Of a stretch of DNA of 32,000 nt, positions 27,163 through 32,000 are shown in pieces. Origin of the DNA: Massilicoli timonensis (lineage in GTDB: Bacteria > Bacillota_I > Bacilli_A > Erysipelotrichales > Erysipelotrichaceae). Under the pieces are notes generated by a model. It made no database searches. It was not told the DNA's origin and saw nothing but the letters and a program-made list of their open reading frames with translations. A program made the translations under genes and the position numbers. Location of the stretch: assembly GCF_900199515.1 (NCBI RefSeq), contig NZ_LT963434.1:333272-365271 (forward strand), read 5' to 3'. Every line of letters starts with the position of its first letter. Position 1 is the stretch's first letter.

Positions 27163-27408
27163 TTAGTACGATTCAAACTTGATCGTGATTCGTTTATCTT
27201 CTTTACGGGATGCAACGGACATCATTTGACGCAGTGCATTTGCCATGATTCCCTTGCGCCCGATCAGTCTGGCAACATCTTCACTATTTGCATAAATATA
27301 AAGCAAAACTTCCCGTTCGTCCAGCGTCGGCATCAGCTTCACCGACACACTTTGCTTATCGTCTACGATCGGCGTTACTAAATCCAAAACGATTTTTTCG
27401 TAATTCAT
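27163..27408 (-). CDS. ylqC: KH-domain RNA-binding protein (YlqC/KhpA family)
   Basis: 81 aa with the KH GXXG loop in ARLIGRKGIMANALRQ. It holds the conserved position between rpsP and rimM. Confidence 0.85.
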   Translation of the reverse strand: MNYEKIVLDLVTPIVDDKQSVSVKLMPTLDEREVLLYIYANSEDVARLIGRKGIMANALRQMMSVASRKEDKRITIKFESY

Positions 27409-27414
27409 ACCTAA

Positions 27415-27687
27415 TTACTTCGCTGTTTTTTCTTCATGGAATCTCTTCATGATTCCCTCTTTAGAAAGAATGCTGCGAACCGTATCCGTCGGCTGTGCGC
27501 CGTTTCTCAGCCATTTCATTGCCAGTTCCGCATCGATATGCACTTCTGCCGGATTTTTGGTCGGGTTATAGTTTCCCACTGTTTCAATGATACGGCCATC
27601 GCGAGGAGAACGAGAATCCGCCGCCACTACACGATAATAAGGCTTCCCTTTCGAGCCCATTCTTTTTAATCTTAATTTTACTGCCAT
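27415..27687 (-). CDS. rpsP: 30S ribosomal protein S16
   Basis: 90 aa. [32 protein letters not shown]. Confidence 0.95.
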   Translation of the reverse strand: MAVKLRLKRMGSKGKPYYRVVAADSRSPRDGRIIETVGNYNPTKNPAEVHIDAELAMKWLRNGAQPTDTVRSILSKEGIMKRFHEEKTAK

Positions 27688-27734
27688 CTATTTTACCTCC
27701 TGATTTCAATATTAGTACCATACGTACAGCGCTC

Positions 27735-27762
27735 ATTATAACACAAACTTCTATCGTGTCAA
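27735..27762 (-). promoter_or_regulatory. Near-consensus sigma-A promoter of the rpsP operon
   Basis: On the reverse strand: TTGACA (27757-27762), a 16-bp spacer ending in TGt, then TATAAT (27735-27740). Confidence 0.7.
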
Positions 27763-27789
27763 GTATTTTTACTTAACACTTTTTCTTTT

Positions 27790-27846
27790 TATAAAGATGA
27801 GATGAAAGCGATCATCTGCGAAAAAAGAACAGACTTTCATCTGCTC
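27790..27846 (-). terminator. ffh 3' structured region with competing hairpins (probable terminator)
   Basis: On the reverse strand after the TAA there are three competing structures. (a) (G)CAGA-tgaaag-TCTG(T) followed by TCTTTTTT. (b) AGATGAAAG...CTTTCATCT, a perfect 9-bp stem (27834-27842 with 27800-27808). (c) AGATGA-tcgctt-TCATCT. GCAGATGA occurs twice. Confidence 0.4.
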
Positions 27847-29232
27847 TTAAAATCCACGTCTGCCCCGGCCGAATCCTTTGAACTTACTGCCGCCTTTGAG
27901 CGCGCCCATATTCGGCATTTTACCGCCTTTGGCCATTGCCGATACCTGCTTCATCATCTGCTTCATCTTTTCATATTTATTTAACATCTGATTGACTTCT
28001 ACGACTTTAACACCGGCTCCCTTGGCAATACGGTTCTTACGCGATGCTCTTAAAATGCTCGGATCACGGCGTTCTTCCAGCGTCATGCTCAAAATGATCG
28101 CTTCCATATGCTTCATCTCATTTTCGGTCTTTGCTTCATTCATCTGACTGGCGATCTGTCCCATGCCCGGAATCAGTTTCATCATGCCGCCTAAAGAACC
28201 CATGCGCTTGATCTGACGGAATTGTTCCAGCATATCTTCTAAAGTAAACTGTCCGCTCATCATGCGCTTGGCGCTTTTCTCACCGGCTTCCAGATCCATC
28301 TTTTCCTGGGCCTGTTCCACCAGTGTCATGATATCGCCCATGCCTAAAATACGATCGGCCATGCGCTGCGGATAGAAGATATCGAGATCATCGATTTTCT
28401 CTCCAAGACCGACAAATTTTACCGGTACCTGTGTGATCGCACGTACGGATAAGATGCCGCCGCCTCTGGCATCGCCATCCAGTTTCGTTAATACCAGACC
28501 GCTCACATCGAGCAGTTCATGAAAGCTCTGTGCGACGTTTACGATATCCTGACCGGTCATCGCATCCACCGTCAATAAGATCTCATCCGGATGGATCGCC
28601 GCTTTGATATCAGCTAATTCCTGCATCAGTTCATCATCGATATGCAAACGGCCCGCCGTATCAAACAGCACCGTATCATAGCCGTTTTCCAGTGCATATG
28701 CATAACCTTTTTGTGCGGTTTCCAGCGCTTTTGTTTCTACGCCGAGCGTAAAGACTTCTACGCCGATGGAATCTCCCAGCGTCTTTAACTGTTCGATGGC
28801 TGCCGGACGTACGACATCACATGCCACTAACAGCGGTTTACGGTTTTGTTTTTTTACCATGACATTGGCGATCTTAGCCGCCGCCGTCGTTTTACCGGTA
28901 CCCTGCAAACCGACCATCATCACAGTGGTAATGCCATGCTCACGATAGCGGATCGCTTCTTCGCTTGTTCCTAGTAAAGCAACGATCTCATCATGTACGA
29001 TCTTCACGACCATCTGCCCCGGATTCAAAGAATTCATGACCTCTGTACCCAGCGCCTTTACTTTAATGTTGCTGATAAAATCCTTTACGACATTGTAATT
29101 GACATCTGCTTCCAAAAGCGACATACGCACTTCTTTCAGCATATCGTTCATATTTTTTTCTGTCAGTTTCCCTCTGCCGGTAATATTCTTAAACGCCTGA
29201 TTTAAGCGTCCTGTTAATGATTCAAACGGCAT
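27847..29232 (-). CDS. ffh: Signal recognition particle protein Ffh (SRP54)
   Basis: I start at MPFESLTGRLNQAFKNI (ATG 29230-29232), which has a GGAAGGTGA RBS. GLQGTGKTTAAAKI (G1), DTAGR, TKLDGDARGG, a Met-rich M domain and a GRGRRGF tail. Confidence 0.95.
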   Translation of the reverse strand: MPFESLTGRLNQAFKNITGRGKLTEKNMNDMLKEVRMSLLEADVNYNVVKDFISNIKVKALGTEVMNSLNPGQMVVKIVHDEIVALLGTSEEAIRYREHGITTVMMVGLQGTGKTTAAAKIANVMVKKQNRKPLLVACDVVRPAAIEQLKTLGDSIGVEVFTLGVETKALETAQKGYAYALENGYDTVLFDTAGRLHIDDELMQELADIKAAIHPDEILLTVDAMTGQDIVNVAQSFHELLDVSGLVLTKLDGDARGGGILSVRAITQVPVKFVGLGEKIDDLDIFYPQRMADRILGMGDIMTLVEQAQEKMDLEAGEKSAKRMMSGQFTLEDMLEQFRQIKRMGSLGGMMKLIPGMGQIASQMNEAKTENEMKHMEAIILSMTLEERRDPSILRASRKNRIAKGAGVKVVEVNQMLNKYEKMKQMMKQVSAMAKGGKMPNMGALKGGSKFKGFGRGRRGF

Positions 29233-29273
29233 ATTCTTCACCTTCCTACTCTTTCCTTTATGCAACTATTAAG

Positions 29274-29302
29274 ATTATAACAAATTATCGCAGTACTGGA
29301 AA
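29274..29302 (-). promoter_or_regulatory. Candidate extended -10 promoter of ffh
   Basis: On the reverse strand: TTTCCA (29297-29302), a 17-bp spacer ending in TGt, then TATAAT (29274-29279). Confidence 0.55.
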
Positions 29303-29318
29303 CAATTTGTTTGGAAAT

Positions 29319-30125
29319 TCACCCCTCATCGGGAAAGGGGGCTTTTTCATATAAAGGCAAACCCATGAGCGGGTCACGATGCTTTTTCAAAGCGTCCGCA
29401 AATAAGCCTTGCAGTGTGAAAACAGCGGAAGCAACGGCTTCCCCCATCCTTTTCCCTTCTATTAGTTCCCTGCAGAGCAGCGCGCTGAACACATCGCCGG
29501 CGCCGCAATAATCCTGTTCTTTTGGGATCTTGATCGTCTGTGCCTGTTTCTCATCACCGTATAAGATATAAAGATGGCTTTGATCCTCATCAAGCTGCAC
29601 GCCGGTAATGACAACTTGTATTTGAAAACGCCCTGCCATTTTCTTTAACAATGTCTGCCATGCAAAAAGCTCCTTCGGGTTTTCTCCCATTAAGAAGCAG
29701 GCCTCGCTCATATTCGGGGTCATGACGTCAAAATAAGGAATGAGCTGCGAGAGCGCCTGCACATATGTTTCATCAAATCCGCGATAGTAAACACCGTGGT
29801 CGGCAAAGACCGGATCAATGACTTTTATGGCAGAAGCATGTAAGTGCAGATAAGGAAGCAGTGAGAAAATGACTTCTTTTTTTCCCAGCATCCCGATACA
29901 GATCCCATCAAATGAAACCGCCATCCTTTCATACTGTTTCAGCGCGGCAATCAACCACTGGGAAGCATCTGACACGGCGGTTTGTGGAAAAGCGAGATTG
30001 GCGGAAAAAAGGCCGCATGGCAAAACGGTCGCTTCAATGCCTGCCTGTGTAAATACCGGAAGCTGTGCCGTAATGCCGACATGCGAATGAGCGACCATGC
30101 TGTTGATGACCAATACTCGTTTCAT
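29319..30125 (-). CDS. pdxK: Pyridoxal/pyridoxamine kinase (PdxK/PdxY, ribokinase superfamily)
   Basis: I start at MKRVLVINSMVAHSHVG (ATG 30123-30125), in an ATGA overlap with the rlmA stop and with an AGGTGA RBS. The protein has DPVFADHG, TPNMSEA and the C-terminal anion-hole GAGDVFSALL. Confidence 0.75.
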   Translation of the reverse strand: MKRVLVINSMVAHSHVGITAQLPVFTQAGIEATVLPCGLFSANLAFPQTAVSDASQWLIAALKQYERMAVSFDGICIGMLGKKEVIFSLLPYLHLHASAIKVIDPVFADHGVYYRGFDETYVQALSQLIPYFDVMTPNMSEACFLMGENPKELFAWQTLLKKMAGRFQIQVVITGVQLDEDQSHLYILYGDEKQAQTIKIPKEQDYCGAGDVFSALLCRELIEGKRMGEAVASAVFTLQGLFADALKKHRDPLMGLPLYEKAPFPDEG

Positions 30126-30916
30126 TTTTTCACCTGCTTTCGATAACAGACGATATGAAAGGAAGCGCGCACCTGCAGCACGCTCTGCGCTTGTAAACGC
30201 GATCGGCTTTCTTTCGGTGATTTCCAATAGTAAGGCGTCATTTGAAACAGCGCCTGCAAATGCTGTGGATCATGGATCTCCATCGGATAAGTCAGCGTTT
30301 CTGCTTTTACAACATCAAATGATCGGCTATGAACAGTCGGCTCATGCAGCTGTACGCGCTCATATAAGATCTGTTTTAATTCATATAAATGATATGGTCC
30401 CGGCTGCACCTGAATGAGCAGACCATCTGCTTTCAGCACCCGCTGAAACTCCGCTTCATCAAAAGGGGCAAATACGCTGAGCAAGACATCGACGCTTTCA
30501 TCCGCCAAAGGCAAATGCGCCAATGAAGCGATCGCATAATGCGTTTTCGCATCGTTTGCGGCAGCGAGCTTCAAAGCAGCCTTGGATAAATCAAATCCAT
30601 ACGCTTCCCTCGCATGCTGCGCACATACCTTGGTATAATAGCCTTCACCACATCCCGCGTCCACCAGTACCTGCGGTTTTCGGGAAGCGATCAAATTGCT
30701 TACATGATCGCGCAGCGGGGCATAAAAGCCTTCTTCCAAAAACAAGTGCCGGCTTTTGACCATATCCCGATCATCTCCACTGCTCTTTTTTCCATTGATC
30801 ATTAAATTGACATAGCCTTGCCTTGCCAGATCAAAACTGTGCCCGTTTTCACATTTCATTTGTTTCTCTGTTCTTCTCAGCTCTGTTTGACAGATCGGAC
30901 ATAGCAGCATCTTCAT
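30122..30916 (-). CDS. rlmA: 23S rRNA (guanine-N1)-methyltransferase, RlmA/RrmA family
   Basis: 264 aa. N-terminal zinc ribbon CPICQ...CENGHSFDLARQGYVNLM, SAM motif VLVDAGCGEGYYT, and QMTPYYW. The start could be the third codon (Met at 30910), which is better spaced from the GGGAGG. Confidence 0.8.
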   Translation of the reverse strand: MKMLLCPICQTELRRTEKQMKCENGHSFDLARQGYVNLMINGKKSSGDDRDMVKSRHLFLEEGFYAPLRDHVSNLIASRKPQVLVDAGCGEGYYTKVCAQHAREAYGFDLSKAALKLAAANDAKTHYAIASLAHLPLADESVDVLLSVFAPFDEAEFQRVLKADGLLIQVQPGPYHLYELKQILYERVQLHEPTVHSRSFDVVKAETLTYPMEIHDPQHLQALFQMTPYYWKSPKESRSRLQAQSVLQVRASFHIVCYRKQVKK

Positions 30917-30966
30917 CGCCTCCCTGCTCTTTGCCTATCTTATCATAGATTTCTTTGCATTGACAG

Positions 30967-30995
30967 AAAAAAAGCTTCTTCCGCCGGATAAAAGC
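30967..30995 (-). terminator. Probable rho-independent terminator downstream of the 63-aa ORF
   Basis: On the reverse strand: GCTTTT-atccggcgg-AAGAAGC (6 bp including one G-U) followed by TTTTTTT. Confidence 0.5.
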
Positions 30996-31048
30996 AAATA
31001 ATCTGCCCTTATGCGTCCAAAGCCTTTTCTCATAGCTGCTTCACTAGG

Positions 31049-31240
31049 TTACTGGTTCGGCTTATGATGATCGATCTGTCGCCGTTTTTCTTCATAGATC
31101 TTGCGATGCTTGATCTTATCCGCTTCCAGATCCGCCCCCAATTCAATGCCCATCTCATACTGAAACAGGTTTTCCTGAATCTGTTTTTCCTGATAGAGCG
31201 GATTATGTGTTTGCCGGTTTTGTCCATTTGTTTTTTTCAT
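31049..31240 (-). CDS. Hypothetical small charged protein (63 aa)
   Basis: ATG at 31238-31240 is preceded by AGAGGTGA at a 7-nt spacing. Translation is MKKTNGQNRQTHNPLYQEKQIQENLFQYEMGIELGADLEADKIKHRKIYEEKRRQIDHHKPNQ. I do not recognise a family. The longer 84-aa version in the ORF track lacks an RBS. Confidence 0.4.
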   Translation of the reverse strand: MKKTNGQNRQTHNPLYQEKQIQENLFQYEMGIELGADLEADKIKHRKIYEEKRRQIDHHKPNQ

Positions 31241-31288
31241 CTGTTTATCACCTCTGCTCTTAATATGAGCAGAAAGCATCTTCTTATA

Positions 31289-31313
31289 CAAAAGAAAAGG
31301 CACAAAGGTGCCT
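31289..31313 (-). terminator. Rho-independent terminator of thiI
   Basis: On the reverse strand: AGGCAC-cttt-GTGCCT followed by TTTCTTTTG. The hairpin starts 2 nt after the thiI stop (31316-31318). Confidence 0.65.
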
Positions 31314-31315
31314 CA

Positions 31316-32000
31316 CTAAAATAAATCCGCTTCTTCCAGCTGTTTAGCCGGATAGATCTGTACGACTTTGGTGTTTTCGACACACGCATCGACCAGTTTT
31401 TCCCAATCGAAACGGCTTTCCAGCTTTTCACATTTAACGGCGGTCGGCTTCGTTACCGGATTTTTCGGCGTAAAGATCGTACAGCAGTCCTCAAAAGGCT
31501 GGATACTTGTTTCATAGGTATCGATCTGCTTTGCGATCTCAATGATCTCTAATTTATCCAGTGCCGCTACCGGACGGATCACCGGCATCGTTACCACGGA
31601 ATTGATCACATTCATGCTCTCTAACGTCTGCGAAGCGACCTGCCCGATGCTTTCCCCATTGACGATTGCCAAAGCGTGCTGCTTTTGCGCAAGCTTAGCA
31701 GCGATACGATACATCATGCGCCGCATCAGCGTGATCGCATAGCTTTCATCACCGTGCTCATAAATCGCCAATTGCAGATCGGTAAATGGAACGATATGCA
31801 AGGTGATATGTCCCTGATAATGCGCAAGCAGTCTTGCCAGTTCTTCCACCTTTTCCTGTGCCCTTTGAGAGGTATAAGGCGGTGAAGCATAGTGAATGCA
31901 CTCGATCGCAATGCCTCTTTTCATCGTCAGATAGGCTGCGACCGGTGAATCGATGCCGCCGCTGAGCATGACCATCGCTTTCCCACCGATCCCAACCGGA
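31316..32000 (-). CDS. thiI: tRNA 4-thiouridine(8) synthase ThiI, C-terminal part (5' end off the right edge)
   Basis: The frame stays open to the window edge (...PVGIGGKAMVMLSGGIDSPVAAY...), so the listed Met at 31975 is internal. It has the PP-loop SGGIDSPVA and the ThiI pattern NGESIGQVASQTL. Confidence 0.9.
   Translation of the reverse strand, partial: PVGIGGKAMVMLSGGIDSPVAAYLTMKRGIAIECIHYASPPYTSQRAQEKVEELARLLAHYQGHITLHIVPFTDLQLAIYEHGDESYAITLMRRMMYRIAAKLAQKQHALAIVNGESIGQVASQTLESMNVINSVVTMPVIRPVAALDKLEIIEIAKQIDTYETSIQPFEDCCTIFTPKNPVTKPTAVKCEKLESRFDWEKLVDACVENTKVVQIYPAKQLEEADLF

Noticed and set aside
1-32000. A scan of all gaps over 40 bp, on both strands, for CRISPR arrays, rRNA or tRNA genes, riboswitches, IS elements, long direct or inverted repeats, or any defence-like operon.
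   Set aside because: I could recognise none. Every intergenic gap over 100 bp is accounted for by promoter, leader and terminator elements. Every ORF over 150 aa has a clear housekeeping identity, apart from the HAD::MBL fusion reported above.

Overview
This 32 kb window is densely packed chromosomal core genome from a Bacillota-type Gram-positive bacterium. The compact gene set and a ~976-aa SMC hint at an Erysipelotrichia/Mollicutes-like lineage, but that is not certain. I call 34 genes, and 33 of them are on the minus strand. Reading along the minus strand (right to left), the order is: thiI (5' end off-window), a 63-aa orphan ORF, rlmA-pdxK, ffh, rpsP-ylqC, rimM-trmD, rplS, two tandem signal peptidase I genes, rbgA-rnhB-dprA, topA-trmFO-xerC, a HAD::metallo-beta-lactamase fusion gene, rpsB-tsf, pyrH-frr, uppS-cdsA-dxr-rseP, a hemolysin-III-family gene (the only plus-strand gene), smc-ftsY-ylxM-ackA-nrnA, and a second Cof-type HAD phosphatase. 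That last gene runs off the left edge and is absent from the supplied ORF track. This is the familiar Firmicute smc/ffh/rplS/topA/rpsB/frr/dxr housekeeping supercluster. Sigma-A-type promoters and rho-independent terminators are readable in most intergenic gaps. I found no rRNA, tRNA, CRISPR array, IS or transposon, prophage, toxin-antitoxin pair or defence-like gene set. I do not see a convincing novel multi-gene system and regard this as an ordinary core region. The observations worth a second look are modest. (1) GATC is roughly 4-fold over-represented in coding sequence by hand count. (2) A 524-aa HAD-phosphatase/MBL-hydrolase fusion sits where Bacillus has clpQY-codY. (3) The smc-ftsY-ylxM block has been relocated, which uncouples ylxM from ffh and chains it to ackA-nrnA. 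(4) Terminator hairpins abut the stop codons of rplS and ylqC inside apparent operons. (5) An in-frame 12-bp tandem repeat lies in one of two tandem lepB paralogs. (6) An orphan 63-codon ORF is bracketed by terminators. (7) Several structured intergenic or leader regions stand out (downstream of xerC, ffh/rpsP, rpsB leader, rplS leader). All functional calls come from my reading of the translated motifs and from gene order, not from database searches.
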